Positions 8,411-18,889 of a DNA stretch of 64,000 nt are shown piece after piece. The notes beneath the pieces were generated by a model. The model was given only the letters and a program-made list of their open reading frames with translations. It was not told the DNA's origin and made no database searches. Numbering within the stretch: the first letter of the stretch is position 1; every line of letters begins with the position of its first letter. Source of the DNA: an uncultured Pelagibacteraceae bacterium (GTDB lineage Bacteria; Pseudomonadota; Alphaproteobacteria; Pelagibacterales; Pelagibacteraceae). A program made the translations under genes and the position numbers. The stretch is taken from positions 29,206-93,205 of the forward strand of contig CACMXJ010000004.1 of assembly GCA_902617625.1 (NCBI GenBank), read 5' to 3'.

Positions 8411-9409
8411 ATGAGTACAGTTCCCCTTACATTAGATGAAATATTTGATTTAGCTAGAAAGACCTTACTAGCTAATGGGTGTGATGAAGAAACAGCTTCA
8501 ATTCTGTCAGATTTAATTAGAAATGCTGAAAGAGACGGATCTTTATCTCATGGTTTGTTTAGGTTACCTGCATATGTGAGTGGTTTAAAAAGTGGAAAAA
8601 TTAATGGTAAAGGAAAACCTGAAGTAAAAAAGATTTCTTCATCAGTAATAAAAGTTCTAGGGAATAATTGTTTAGCTCCTGTAGTTTTAAATAAAGGGCT
8701 ACCTGAATTAGCAAAAGCTGCAAAAGAAAATGGTGTTGCTGTCCTTGCAATTAACAATTCACATCATATGGCTGCAATGTGGCCTGAAACAGAAAAATTG
8801 GCAGAAGATGGTTTAGTTGCCTTTGCTTGCACATCATACAAGCCTGCTGTAGCACCCGCTGGAGCTATCAAACCCTTGTTTGGAACAAATCCAATTTCTT
8901 TTGCATGGCCACGACCAGGAAAAACTCCTGTAGTTTACGATATGGCAACTGCATCAATGGCAATGGGTGAAGTTCAAGTTGCCAAAAGAGAAGGGCATAA
9001 AGTTCCACTTGGAACTGGTTTAACTAAGGATGGTAAAGAAACAAATGACCCAGGAGCAATAGCTGATGGTGGTGTACTACTTCCTTTTGGTGGATATAAA
9101 GGTTCTGCAATAGCAATGATGGTAGAATTAATGGCTGGCGCACTAGTTGGTGATAATTTTAGCTTTGAGACAGCTGCAAAAGACAATAATGATGGCGGAC
9201 CTCCTAGTGGTGGAGAATTTATTCTTGCAATTTCACCTGATAAAACTTCAGGAACTGATTGGCAAAAACACGCTGATGAATTTTTTAATAAAATGAAATC
9301 ATTTGAAGGAGTTAGACTTCCAGGAGAGAGAAGACATAAAAATAGATTAGATAAGGGCCCTCGAAATATTAATGAAGAGCTGGTTAAAAAAATTAAATCT
9401 TTAAGCTAA
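8411..9409 (+). CDS. Ldh_2-family NAD(P)H oxidoreductase (malate/L-lactate dehydrogenase type 2; Delta1-piperideine/pyrroline-2-carboxylate reductase-like)
   Basis: 332 aa with SHGLFRLP, FGTNPISFA, MATSxxAxGEV and GGYKGSAIAMMVE. Confidence 0.8.
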   Translation: MSTVPLTLDEIFDLARKTLLANGCDEETASILSDLIRNAERDGSLSHGLFRLPAYVSGLKSGKINGKGKPEVKKISSSVIKVLGNNCLAPVVLNKGLPELAKAAKENGVAVLAINNSHHMAAMWPETEKLAEDGLVAFACTSYKPAVAPAGAIKPLFGTNPISFAWPRPGKTPVVYDMATASMAMGEVQVAKREGHKVPLGTGLTKDGKETNDPGAIADGGVLLPFGGYKGSAIAMMVELMAGALVGDNFSFETAAKDNNDGGPPSGGEFILAISPDKTSGTDWQKHADEFFNKMKSFEGVRLPGERRHKNRLDKGPRNINEELVKKIKSLS

Positions 9410-10177
9410 AGTAATTTCTATTGGTGTATGGTCCGATGGTTTTTCACGGCCTCTTGGATCTTTATTAATATTAATAGCTTTAACTTGGTCTATTAAAGAA
9501 TTAGATACTAAAAAATGATCTATTCTCATTCCATTATTTTTCTGCCATGCACCCCTCATGTAATCCCAAAAAGTATATCCTTCTTTAGTTTCATTAAAAT
9601 GTCTATAAACATCGTTAAAACCTAGATTAATCATTTCTCTTAATTTTTTTCTTATTTCCAATCTAAATAGAGCATCGTCTTCGAAGCTTTTTGGATTATA
9701 GACATCCTCAGCTGTAGGAATAATATTAAAATCACCACCAAGAATTATATTTTGATTTTTTTTGGTTAAAGCTTTTAATTGTTTAATTAAATCATCAAGC
9801 CATTTTTTTTTGTAATCATATTTTTCAGTATCAACAGGATTACCATTTGGTGTATAGATATTGATTAATTGAATATTTTTCTTTTTGTGTTCAAGTTCAG
9901 CTGAGATTATTCTTGATTGTTTTAGTTTATCTTTGATTAAGTCTGTTTTAACATTTTTTAATTTTCCTTTTGAAATAATAGCAACACCATTGTAACTTTT
10001 TTGACCAAATACATGACTTTCATAGTCCATTGAGGAAAAATCATCATAAGGAAAGTTTACATCCTCAGTTTTAATTTCTTGCATCATCACAACATCAGGT
10101 TTGTATTTTAGTAGATAACTTTTGATATTTTCAATACGTGCTCGCACAGAATTTACATTCCACGAGGAAATAATCAT
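9401..10177 (-). CDS. xthA: Exodeoxyribonuclease III
   Basis: MIISSWNVNSVRAR..., QEIK, GDFNI and PSDHTPI motifs. I place the start at 10177 (TAATG overlap with the erpA stop) rather than the track's 10207. Confidence 0.9.
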   Translation of the reverse strand: MIISSWNVNSVRARIENIKSYLLKYKPDVVMMQEIKTEDVNFPYDDFSSMDYESHVFGQKSYNGVAIISKGKLKNVKTDLIKDKLKQSRIISAELEHKKKNIQLINIYTPNGNPVDTEKYDYKKKWLDDLIKQLKALTKKNQNIILGGDFNIIPTAEDVYNPKSFEDDALFRLEIRKKLREMINLGFNDVYRHFNETKEGYTFWDYMRGAWQKNNGMRIDHFLVSNSLIDQVKAININKDPRGREKPSDHTPIEITLA

Positions 10178-10494
10178 TAAAGAGAAAACGAAACACCACA
10201 ACCACAAGAAGATTTGGTTTGCGGATTAGTTATTTTGAATTGTTCACCAATTAATTCAGAAACATAGTCTATTTCTGATCCTTTTAATAAATCTGCAGAG
10301 GTTTTATCTATCAATATATTTTCATAATTTAAATCATCGGCTGCTTTTTCTTTGTCAAAAGTAAATTCATATTGGAAGCCTGAGCAACCACCACCTTTGA
10401 TAGCGATTCTAAAAAACGACCCTTTGTCTTTTTTAGACAGCAAAACATTGATCTGTTTTAGAGCCTTATCAGTAAATTTAATTTCTTTAATCAT
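10177..10494 (-). CDS. erpA: Iron-sulfur cluster insertion protein (HesB/IscA/ErpA family)
   Basis: 105 aa with GGGCSGFQY and a C-terminal CGCGVSF. Confidence 0.85.
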   Translation of the reverse strand: MIKEIKFTDKALKQINVLLSKKDKGSFFRIAIKGGGCSGFQYEFTFDKEKAADDLNYENILIDKTSADLLKGSEIDYVSELIGEQFKITNPQTKSSCGCGVSFSL

Positions 10495-10544
10495 TATTGA
10501 TCACTGGTATTACTAATATAATACTTAAATTTTAATTTTAAAGG

Positions 10545-11663
10545 ATGAAAAAATACTCAAAGATTGCTCTTACTAAAAGCAAAGGAAGAATATTCAAAGA
10601 ATCTGTATCAAAATATAGATCGCCATTTCAAAGAGATAGAGATCGAATAGTTCACAGCGCCTCATTTCGAAGGCTCAAACACAAGACACAAGTATTTGTA
10701 AACACAGAAGGTGATCATTACAGAACAAGATTAACCCATTCAATGGAAGTTGCTCAAATTGCACGATCTATTGCAATATATCTTGAATTGAATGAAGATC
10801 TAGCTGAAACCTTGAGTTTGGCACATGATTTGGGCCACCCACCTTTTGGTCATGCTGGTGAGGACTCTCTTAATGAATGTATGGAAGATTATGGAGGCTT
10901 TGATCATAATTTACAAACTCTTCGTGTGGTTATGTTTTTGGAGAATAAATATCTTAAATATACTGGATTAAATCTTTCAATTGAAACCTTAGAGGGATTG
11001 CTTAAGCATAATGGTCCTGTTTATGAATTGGACTTAGTTGATAGTCTTATTGGTGTAAAAAAATTCAATCATAAGATTAATTTTGAGACTTATCCATCAT
11101 TAGAGGCTCAAGTTTCAGCTATTTCAGATGATATAGCTTATAACAACCATGATATTCAAGATGGTATAAATGCAAATTTATTTAAACTAGAGGAGTTAAT
11201 TGAAATTAACTTTTTTAAAGATATTTATAAAAAATATAAAAAAAAGATAAACAAACAAAACTATAAAATTGCAACATATCAGATTATAAGAGATTCTATT
11301 GATCGAATGATTAGAGATTTAATTAAAAATACCAAAACTAATTTGAAGATTAATAAAATAAAAAATTATAAAGATATTACTAAAGCAAATTTAACAATGG
11401 TAGATTTTTCTGAAAAAGTCAAAGATTCTGTGGATGAAATAAGATTTTTTTTAAAAACAAAGATGTATAATAATAATGCAGTTCTGAAAAAAAACGATAA
11501 TGGCAAATTAATAATTAAAAAACTGTTTAATAAAATACAAAAAAACCCTAAAAAATTTATTTCAAAAGATCATCTCTCAAAGGATAAATATAGAGCAATT
11601 TCAGATTTTATATCAGGAATGACAGACAGATATGCAATCAACCTTCACAAAAACTTTAAATGA
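10545..11663 (+). CDS. dgt: dGTPase-like HD-domain triphosphohydrolase
   Basis: FQRDRDRIVHSASFRRLKHKTQVF, RLTHSMEVAQIARS and HDLGHPPFGH. Confidence 0.85.
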   Translation: MKKYSKIALTKSKGRIFKESVSKYRSPFQRDRDRIVHSASFRRLKHKTQVFVNTEGDHYRTRLTHSMEVAQIARSIAIYLELNEDLAETLSLAHDLGHPPFGHAGEDSLNECMEDYGGFDHNLQTLRVVMFLENKYLKYTGLNLSIETLEGLLKHNGPVYELDLVDSLIGVKKFNHKINFETYPSLEAQVSAISDDIAYNNHDIQDGINANLFKLEELIEINFFKDIYKKYKKKINKQNYKIATYQIIRDSIDRMIRDLIKNTKTNLKINKIKNYKDITKANLTMVDFSEKVKDSVDEIRFFLKTKMYNNNAVLKKNDNGKLIIKKLFNKIQKNPKKFISKDHLSKDKYRAISDFISGMTDRYAINLHKNFK

Positions 11664-13390
11664 ATATTTTTGAACAGTATTTAGATAAAATAAAAGAAAT
11701 CCTTTCAACACTATCTTCAAATGGAGATTTAATTTTACCAGATTCACTAAACGGGATAACTGCTGAAATTCCACCTTCAAAATTTGATAGTGATATTTCT
11801 ACCAATGTAGCCATGGTCCTTTCTAAGATTAATAATAAATCTCCATCAGATCTGGCCTCAATTTTGGCAGAAAAAATCAAAAAAGAGGATAAATTTATTG
11901 AAGAGATATCAGTTGTAAAACCTGGTTTTATCAACATTAAATTTAAACCTATTTTTTGGACAAATTTTATTAAAGAGATGATTAAAAATTCTAAATCTTT
12001 TGGAACAAATAAAAATATAAAAAGAAATTACCTAATAGAATTTGTATCTGCTAATCCAACTGGCCCTTTACATGTTGGCCATTGTAGAGGAGCAATATTA
12101 GGCGATGTGATGGCTAATCTTTTATTATTTAATAATAATAAAGTTACAAAAGAGTATTATATAAACGACTACGGTAATCAGATTATAAATTTTACAAAGT
12201 CAGTTTATTATAGAATAAGAGAGATTTCTTTTAATGAACCTTTTCCAATAGATAATGAAGATTTATATCCTGGAGACTATTTAATTGACTTTGCTCAAAA
12301 CATTTTAAACTCAAATAAAAATATTGATTTTAATAATTTTGACAAAATATCTCAAGAATTGACTTCTTTAGCTATTGACGAGGCATTAAAGTTAATCAAA
12401 AGTAATCTTAAAAGTCTTGGTATTAATCATGATAACTTTGTCAGTGAAAAGAAAATAGTTGAAAATCAAGAAGTGGAAAAAGTTGTTGAATTTCTTCAAA
12501 AAAACAAATTTGTTTATAAAGGAAAAATAAAGGCACCAGCAGGTGAAGATGATATTAATTGGGTTGAGCGTGAGCAGTTGCTTTTTCGATCGACTGATTT
12601 TGGAGATGACAAAGATAGAGCATTACAAAAATCTGATGGCGCTTGGACTTATTTTGCAAGTGATGTTGCATACCACAAAAATAAATTAGACAGAAAATTT
12701 GATAGGCTTATTAATATTTTAGGTGCAGATCATGCTGGTTATATAAAAAGAATTTCATCATCTGTCGAAGCTCTATCAAACTCTAAAGATAGATTAATTT
12801 GTAAAGTTAGCCAACTTGTTAAACTTATTAAAGATAAGAAACCCTTTAAAATGTCTAAAAGAAAAGGGGACTATATAACTATAGATGATTTAATTAATGA
12901 GGTAGGAAAAGATGCAACAAGATTTATAATGTTAAATCGAAGTAGTGATGTTGAACTCGATTTTGATTTTGATAACGTTATAGAAAAATCAAAAGATAAC
13001 CCCCTTTATTACGTTCAATATTGTTATGCAAGAATATGTTCAGTATACAGACATCTTGATAAAGATTTAAAATCAGATCTAGATATTACTAAGTACGATT
13101 TTGAATATTCGAATGATGAAATAAAAATCTTAAAAAAATTATCTGAATGGCCCAAGTGTATTGATGTATCTTGTAATAAGCTTGAGCCGCATAGAATACC
13201 GACTTATTTATATGAATTAGCCTCTTTATTCCATTCATATTGGAATTTAGGTAAGGAAAATCCAGACAAAAGATTTATCAATGATCAAAAAAAAATAACC
13301 GATGATAAATTGATTTTTCTAAAAGCTATTTCCAATGTAGTAAAATCTGGGATGAATATAGTTGGAGTGTCTACGCCAGATAAAATGTGA
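11660..13390 (+). CDS. argS: Arginyl-tRNA synthetase
   Basis: 576 aa with SANPTGPLHVGH (HIGH motif) and a KMSKRKG-type loop. ATGA overlap with dgt. Confidence 0.95.
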   Translation: MNIFEQYLDKIKEILSTLSSNGDLILPDSLNGITAEIPPSKFDSDISTNVAMVLSKINNKSPSDLASILAEKIKKEDKFIEEISVVKPGFINIKFKPIFWTNFIKEMIKNSKSFGTNKNIKRNYLIEFVSANPTGPLHVGHCRGAILGDVMANLLLFNNNKVTKEYYINDYGNQIINFTKSVYYRIREISFNEPFPIDNEDLYPGDYLIDFAQNILNSNKNIDFNNFDKISQELTSLAIDEALKLIKSNLKSLGINHDNFVSEKKIVENQEVEKVVEFLQKNKFVYKGKIKAPAGEDDINWVEREQLLFRSTDFGDDKDRALQKSDGAWTYFASDVAYHKNKLDRKFDRLINILGADHAGYIKRISSSVEALSNSKDRLICKVSQLVKLIKDKKPFKMSKRKGDYITIDDLINEVGKDATRFIMLNRSSDVELDFDFDNVIEKSKDNPLYYVQYCYARICSVYRHLDKDLKSDLDITKYDFEYSNDEIKILKKLSEWPKCIDVSCNKLEPHRIPTYLYELASLFHSYWNLGKENPDKRFINDQKKITDDKLIFLKAISNVVKSGMNIVGVSTPDKM

Positions 13391-13644
13391 TGCTAAAAGA
13401 GATTAAATATTTAATATTTTTATTACTCATCAGTTTTTTCATTTTTTTTACAGGTAAGTATTATTTTTCAGATGATAATAAAAAAAATTCTTTTAGATCT
13501 TTGAGTAATATTGACAAAAAAATTGATATTTATTCTGAAAAATTGCCAGTTTTAGAAAATGATACTAAAGACATCATTCAATATGTAGAAAAATCTAATA
13601 AAGATAAAAAGAAAAAATTTAATTTTTGGAAACTTCTTGATTAA
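13387..13644 (+). CDS. Small membrane-anchored hypothetical protein
   Basis: 85 aa with an N-terminal TM segment and a Lys-rich tail. Overlaps argS and nagZ at both ends, which argues for real coding. Confidence 0.5.
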   Translation: MMLKEIKYLIFLLLISFFIFFTGKYYFSDDNKKNSFRSLSNIDKKIDIYSEKLPVLENDTKDIIQYVEKSNKDKKKKFNFWKLLD

Positions 13645-14591
13645 TGAATAATCGAAGATCTTTTATTATCGGCATTAAATCGACAAAACTTAACCTGAGA
13701 GAAAAGAATTTTATTAGAAAATATAAGCCATGGGGAGTAATTTTATTTACTAGAAACATAAAAGATATTAAACAGGCAAAACAATTAACTACGTCTATAC
13801 GCAAGATCTTTAATGACGATAAATATCCAATCTTAATTGATCAAGAAGGTGGTAGAGTAAACCGACTTAAAAATATTATATCTTTTGAAAATCTAACCTC
13901 TGAATTTTTTGGCAAAAAGTTTATAAAAAAACCTAAAGAATTTAATTTTTTCTATAAACTATTTATTGATAAAACTTCATATTTATTAAAATTGATAGGA
14001 GTTAATATTAATACTTGTCCTGTTTTAGATCTTAGAAAGAAAGGTTCATCATCAATTATTGGAGACAGATCTTTCTCTAGTAATCCCAAAATAGTTTCAA
14101 AAATTGGTGATTATTGCATTAACTATCACCATAATAATGGCGTAGGAACTATTATTAAACATATACCAGGACATGGTTTAGCAAAAGTTGATAGTCACCA
14201 TTTTACACCCGTAATTAATAAAAATTTAGATTACTTAATAAAAAATGATTTTTTTCCTTTCAAAAGAAAAAATTCTTTTTTTGCAATGACAGCTCATATC
14301 ATATTCAAAAAGATCGATTTAAAAAATACAGTAACGCATTCTAAGAAAATGATAAAATTAATAAGATATAAAATAGGTTTTAAAAATATTTTGATTTCTG
14401 ACGATATATCGATGAAAAGTTTAAAAGGTAAAATTAAAGAAAATACAATCAATGCGTTTAATGCTGGTTGTGATCTTGTTTTACATTGTAATGCCAAACA
14501 AAATGAGATGGAAATTGTTGCTCAAAATTCACCTTTCATAAGCAAATTTGTAATAAAAAAAACATCACAATTTTATAAGATAATAAGTTAG
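13644..14591 (+). CDS. nagZ: Beta-N-acetylhexosaminidase (GH3, NagZ)
   Basis: LIDQEGGRVNRL, KHIPGHG and a GH3 N-terminal domain layout. Confidence 0.85.
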   Translation: MNNRRSFIIGIKSTKLNLREKNFIRKYKPWGVILFTRNIKDIKQAKQLTTSIRKIFNDDKYPILIDQEGGRVNRLKNIISFENLTSEFFGKKFIKKPKEFNFFYKLFIDKTSYLLKLIGVNINTCPVLDLRKKGSSSIIGDRSFSSNPKIVSKIGDYCINYHHNNGVGTIIKHIPGHGLAKVDSHHFTPVINKNLDYLIKNDFFPFKRKNSFFAMTAHIIFKKIDLKNTVTHSKKMIKLIRYKIGFKNILISDDISMKSLKGKIKENTINAFNAGCDLVLHCNAKQNEMEIVAQNSPFISKFVIKKTSQFYKIIS

Positions 14592-14600
14592 TATTCACTT

Positions 14601-15338
14601 ATGACAGAAAATGATTCCTCACTTTTTAGTGTTGATATTGAAAATTATAACGGTCCATTAGATATATTGTTAGACCTTGCAAAATCTCAAAAGGTTAATT
14701 TAGAAAATATTTCTATTACAAAACTAGCAGATCAATTTCATGATTTTATAACAAACCAAAAAAATCTAAATCTAGAGTCTGCCTCTGAGTATTTACTTAT
14801 GGCCACATGGCTTGCTTATTTGAAATCTAAACTTCTTTTACCTGGAACACCTGAGGAGGAGTTTAAAGTTCAAGAAGTGGCAGAAAAATTAAAACTCCAA
14901 CTTAAAAAATTAGAATTAATCAGATTATTATCAGAGCAAATGTTAAAGCGTAAAAGATTAGGTCGTGAAATCAGAACAAGAGGTGTAAGGGCAGGCATTA
15001 GACCCATTTATAACAGTGAAATTAAAGTAAATTTATTTGAATTACTTAAGACATATTCAACTATTATTATGACTAAAGATTTTCAAAAAATAAATATTCC
15101 TAAACTTCCTGTTTTTACAACTGAAGAAGGGATTAAAACAATCAGAGATTTTTTTGGAAAATTAACAGATTGGAAAAAATTAGAGGACTTGATACCTAAA
15201 AATTTTAAGAGTGTTACAAAGTACAAAAAAACTGGTACAGCAGGTATATTTGCAGGATCACTTGAACTTGTTAAAGAAGGTAATTTAAAGATTAAACAAG
15301 AAAATTTATTTGATGATATTTTTATTAAGGAAAAATAA
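14601..15338 (+). CDS. scpA: Segregation and condensation protein A
   Basis: FSVDIENYNGPLDILLDLAKSQKVNL. Directly followed by scpB. Confidence 0.85.
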   Translation: MTENDSSLFSVDIENYNGPLDILLDLAKSQKVNLENISITKLADQFHDFITNQKNLNLESASEYLLMATWLAYLKSKLLLPGTPEEEFKVQEVAEKLKLQLKKLELIRLLSEQMLKRKRLGREIRTRGVRAGIRPIYNSEIKVNLFELLKTYSTIIMTKDFQKINIPKLPVFTTEEGIKTIRDFFGKLTDWKKLEDLIPKNFKSVTKYKKTGTAGIFAGSLELVKEGNLKIKQENLFDDIFIKEK

Positions 15339-16045
15339 TGATTAAAAAAATTACAAAAAAAGATAATGTTATTGATTTTCCTAATAAATTATCCTCAATT
15401 GAAAAAGAAATTGAAGCAATAGTTTTTGCAGCTGCTGAGCCACTTGATATTGAAACTATAGAAAATAAGATTTCAAAAAAAACTAATGTCGAAAAAATTT
15501 TATTAAAATTACAAAACGAATATTCCAATCGAGGTATTAATTTAGTGTGTATCTCAAAAAAATGGTCATTTAGAACATCGCCAAATCTTTCTGAAATTAT
15601 GAAACAGGAAAAAACTATTGAAAAAAAATTATCAAGAGCTGCAATTGAAACACTTGCAATCATTGTTTATCATCAACCAGTAACACGTGCTGAAATTGAA
15701 GAAATTAGAGGTGTTGCATTCGGCACAAATACTCTTGAAATTTTGATGGAGTTAAACTGGGTAAAACCAGGGGGTAGAAAAGATGTCCCCGGAAAACCAA
15801 TTCAATATGTTACAACTGATGATTTTTTAAGTCATTTTAATCTTCAAAAGTTATCCGATTTACCAACCGTTGATGAATTGGGTGCCGCTGGTCTTATCGA
15901 TAGTACAAATATTGATAATGCAATTTTTGGAACTGGTAAATTTTATAAAGAGAAACAAGATGGTAAAAAAGAGGATATTTATTCGAATATTGATGAAATG
16001 CTAAGCAGCACTTTAGACTCTGAGGAGAAAAATAAGAATTCATAA
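15338..16045 (+). CDS. scpB: Segregation and condensation protein B
   Basis: IEAIVFAAAEPL, LSRAAIETLAIIVYHQPVTRAEIEEIRG. Confidence 0.85.
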   Translation: MIKKITKKDNVIDFPNKLSSIEKEIEAIVFAAAEPLDIETIENKISKKTNVEKILLKLQNEYSNRGINLVCISKKWSFRTSPNLSEIMKQEKTIEKKLSRAAIETLAIIVYHQPVTRAEIEEIRGVAFGTNTLEILMELNWVKPGGRKDVPGKPIQYVTTDDFLSHFNLQKLSDLPTVDELGAAGLIDSTNIDNAIFGTGKFYKEKQDGKKEDIYSNIDEMLSSTLDSEEKNKNS

Positions 16046-16100
16046 CTTAGGTTAAAAAAAGTCACTTTTAAATTGAGAGTAAAAGATATATAACTTTTCT

Positions 16101-16301
16101 ATGAGCATAGGAATTTGGCAGATAGCAATTGTTGTTATACTTGTAGTTTTACTTTTTGGAAGAGGTAAGATCTCAAGTTTGATGGGAGATGTTGCTAAAG
16201 GAATTAAGAGCTTTAAAAAAGGTATGGCATCAGATGTTACTGATGACAACGAACCTAAAAATATTTCCGAAGATAATCAAGATAATAACAAAAAAGATTA
16301 A
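16101..16301 (+). CDS. tatA: Twin-arginine translocase subunit TatA
   Basis: 66 aa. [24 protein letters not shown] matches the TatA/E signature. Confidence 0.85.
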   Translation: MSIGIWQIAIVVILVVLLFGRGKISSLMGDVAKGIKSFKKGMASDVTDDNEPKNISEDNQDNNKKD

Positions 16302-16306
16302 ATCAC

Positions 16307-16522
16307 ATGCCTACTATTGGTTGGTTTGAGATTTTAATTATCGTAGCAATAGCCATTGTTGTTCTTGGACCAAAAGATTTCCCAATAATGTTAAAAAAAG
16401 TTGGCTCATGGATTGGTACAATTAAGAATTATATCAATAATGTCCAAAATGAAGTTTCAAATATTGATATTGAAAATGATAAAATAGAAAAAAAAGAAGA
16501 AAAAAAACATGAGTCAGAATGA
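16307..16522 (+). CDS. tatB: Twin-arginine translocase subunit TatB (short form)
   Basis: 71 aa, WFEILIIVAIAIVVLGPKDFP. Lies between tatA and tatC. Confidence 0.75.
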   Translation: MPTIGWFEILIIVAIAIVVLGPKDFPIMLKKVGSWIGTIKNYINNVQNEVSNIDIENDKIEKKEEKKHESE

Positions 16523-17279
16523 TAAAGAGGGTGGTTTTGTAAGCCATTTAGCTGAACTAAGAAAAAGACTTATACATAGTTTTATTTTTCTAATTGTTTT
16601 TTTTGTTGGATGTTATTTTTTTGCAGAACATTTATATGGTTTTTTAGTAGATCCTTTCGCTCAAGCCGTTAAAGATGATGGAACTGACAGACGATTAATA
16701 TTTACTGCTCTTCAAGAAACCTTTTTAACATATCTAAAGATTTCTTTCTTTACAGCATTCTTTGTCACTTGCCCGTTTATACTTATGCAAATTTGGAAAT
16801 TTATAGCGCCTGGTTTATATAAACATGAAAAACATGCAATATTACCTTATCTAATATTAACTCCAGTGCTTTTTTTTCTTGGAGGAATGTTAGTTTATTA
16901 TTTGATAATGCCTTTAGCGATAAAGTTTTTTTTATCATTTGAAAGCACAGGTTTATCCACAAATTTACCGATACAACTTGAAGCTAAGGTAAATGAGTAT
17001 TTATCATTAGTCATGAAACTTATTTTCGCTTTTGGTATAAGTTTTCAATTACCTGTGGTTTTAAGTTTACTAGCTAGAATTGGTGTTGTTGATTCTGAAT
17101 TTTTAAAGAAAAGAAGAAAATACGTTGTAGTTATAATTTTTGCAGCAGCAGCATTATTAACACCACCTGACCCTATAACCCAAATTGGTTTAGCGATTCC
17201 ATTATTAATTTTATATGAATTATCAATTTTTTCTGTAAAGTTTATAGAGGATAAGAAATTTAAAGATTCTAATGCATAA
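16509..17279 (+). CDS. tatC: Twin-arginine translocase subunit TatC
   Basis: 256 aa, 6 TM segments, HLAELRKRLI, and TPPDPITQ near the C-terminus. Confidence 0.9.
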   Translation: MSQNDKEGGFVSHLAELRKRLIHSFIFLIVFFVGCYFFAEHLYGFLVDPFAQAVKDDGTDRRLIFTALQETFLTYLKISFFTAFFVTCPFILMQIWKFIAPGLYKHEKHAILPYLILTPVLFFLGGMLVYYLIMPLAIKFFLSFESTGLSTNLPIQLEAKVNEYLSLVMKLIFAFGISFQLPVVLSLLARIGVVDSEFLKKRRKYVVVIIFAAAALLTPPDPITQIGLAIPLLILYELSIFSVKFIEDKKFKDSNA

Positions 17280-18531
17280 CTTAAAGGAAATAAGAAAAAA
17301 TTTCGATGATTTTAAAAACGCGCTAAAAGGTAGATTTCTTAAAATAGATTTTAATGAACTTAAAGACTTAGATATAAAAAATAGAAATTTTATCCAAAAA
17401 AAAGAGTCTTTGGAAAATGAAAAAAAAGAAATTTCAAAATCTAAAGATGAAAAATTATTTAAAAAATCAAAAGAAATTTCAAATGAAATAGACGAAATAT
17501 CAAAACAGCAACAAATAATAAAAGACCAATTAGATAAAATTTTATCATTTATCCCAAATATTCCTCATAAAGATGTTCCGAATGGAAAAGATGAAAATGA
17601 TAACGTAGAAATAATGAAATCGGGTCAAATACCAAATTTTGATTTTAAACCCTTATCACACTATGAATTAGGTGAAAAACTTGGAATGCTTGATTTTGAC
17701 CTAGCCACTAAAACTACAGGTGCACGGTTTGTATTCGTAAAAAATAAACTGGCCTTATTAGAAAGAGCTATTTCAAATTTCATGTTAGATACGCACATAT
17801 TAAAAAATGGTTATGAAGAAATTTCACCACCTTTATTCGCTTCTGAAAGTACAATGTTTGGTACAGGTCAACTTCCTAAATTTGAAAATGATCAATTTGA
17901 AATCAAACTAGATGATAATGGGGAAAGAAAGTTTTTGATACCTACTGCAGAAGTGATTTTAACTAATATTGTTAAAGATCAGATGATTAATCAAAAAGAT
18001 CTACCAATGAGATTTGTTGCATCTACACCATGCTTCAGAAAAGAGGCAGGTAGTTATGGCAAAGATACAAAAGGTATGATTAGACAGCATCAGTTTTACA
18101 AAGTTGAAATGGTTAGTATCGTCGAACAAGAAAAATGTCTAGAAGAACTTGAGAGAATGACGAAATGTGCAACATCAATTTTAGATCTACTAGAATTACC
18201 ATACAGAAAAATGATCCTATGCAGCGGTGACATGGGATTTAGTGCTGAAAAAACTTATGACATTGAAGTTTGGCTACCTTCAGAGAAAAAATATAGAGAA
18301 ATCTCTTCTTGTTCATCTTGTTCAACTTTTCAAGCTGTGAGAATGAAAGCAAGATATAAGAATCAGAAAAAAGAAACTCTTTATGTTGGTACTTTAAATG
18401 GGAGTGGTCTAGCTGTGGGTAGAACTTTAATAGCAGTTATAGAAAATTATCAACAAAAAGATGGTTCAATAATAATTCCAAAAGTTTTAAGACCGTATAT
18501 GGACAATTTGGAAAAAATTTCTGTCAAATAA
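17272..18531 (+). CDS. serS: Seryl-tRNA synthetase
   Basis: 419 aa with an N-terminal coiled-coil arm and class II motifs (FRKEAGS, GSGLAVGRT). Confidence 0.95.
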   Translation: MHNLKEIRKNFDDFKNALKGRFLKIDFNELKDLDIKNRNFIQKKESLENEKKEISKSKDEKLFKKSKEISNEIDEISKQQQIIKDQLDKILSFIPNIPHKDVPNGKDENDNVEIMKSGQIPNFDFKPLSHYELGEKLGMLDFDLATKTTGARFVFVKNKLALLERAISNFMLDTHILKNGYEEISPPLFASESTMFGTGQLPKFENDQFEIKLDDNGERKFLIPTAEVILTNIVKDQMINQKDLPMRFVASTPCFRKEAGSYGKDTKGMIRQHQFYKVEMVSIVEQEKCLEELERMTKCATSILDLLELPYRKMILCSGDMGFSAEKTYDIEVWLPSEKKYREISSCSSCSTFQAVRMKARYKNQKKETLYVGTLNGSGLAVGRTLIAVIENYQQKDGSIIIPKVLRPYMDNLEKISVK

Positions 18532-18585
18532 AGTTGTTTTAATCTTTTAGATAGTATAAATAATCAATTTTAATTAAGGAGATTT

Positions 18586-18873
18586 ATGGATAGTGCAGGA
18601 ATAGGACAATTTATACCATTAATTTTAATTTTTGTTATTTTTTATTTTTTCTTAATAAGACCTCAGCAAAAAAAAGTTAAAGAACATAAAGCCATGGTTG
18701 AGAGCTTAAAAAAAGGTGACAAAATTGTAACGTCTGGTGGTATTACAGGAACGATTTCTAGAGTTGTAGATAATGATAAAATTGAAGTAGAGATTGCTGA
18801 CAACGTAACAGTTGAGGTGATTAGAGGTACTGGTGTTCAAAGTCTAATGAACTCTCAAGAAGTAAAAAAATAA
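18586..18873 (+). CDS. yajC: Preprotein translocase subunit YajC
   Basis: 95 aa, FLIRPQQKKVKEHKAM, GDKIVTSGGI. AAGGAG Shine-Dalgarno upstream. Confidence 0.9.
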   Translation: MDSAGIGQFIPLILIFVIFYFFLIRPQQKKVKEHKAMVESLKKGDKIVTSGGITGTISRVVDNDKIEVEIADNVTVEVIRGTGVQSLMNSQEVKK

Positions 18874-18889
18874 TTTTTTTGAATTTAAA

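Noticed and set aside
10178-10207. N-terminal extension of xthA in the track (MWLWCFVFSL). Likewise 49735..49770 for the GT2 gene.
   Set aside because: Both extensions overlap the upstream gene substantially. The internal ATGs (10177 and 49771) give canonical family N-termini (MIISSWNVNS.. and MISILIPTFNN..) and the compact TAATG or 1-nt junctions seen elsewhere in the window.
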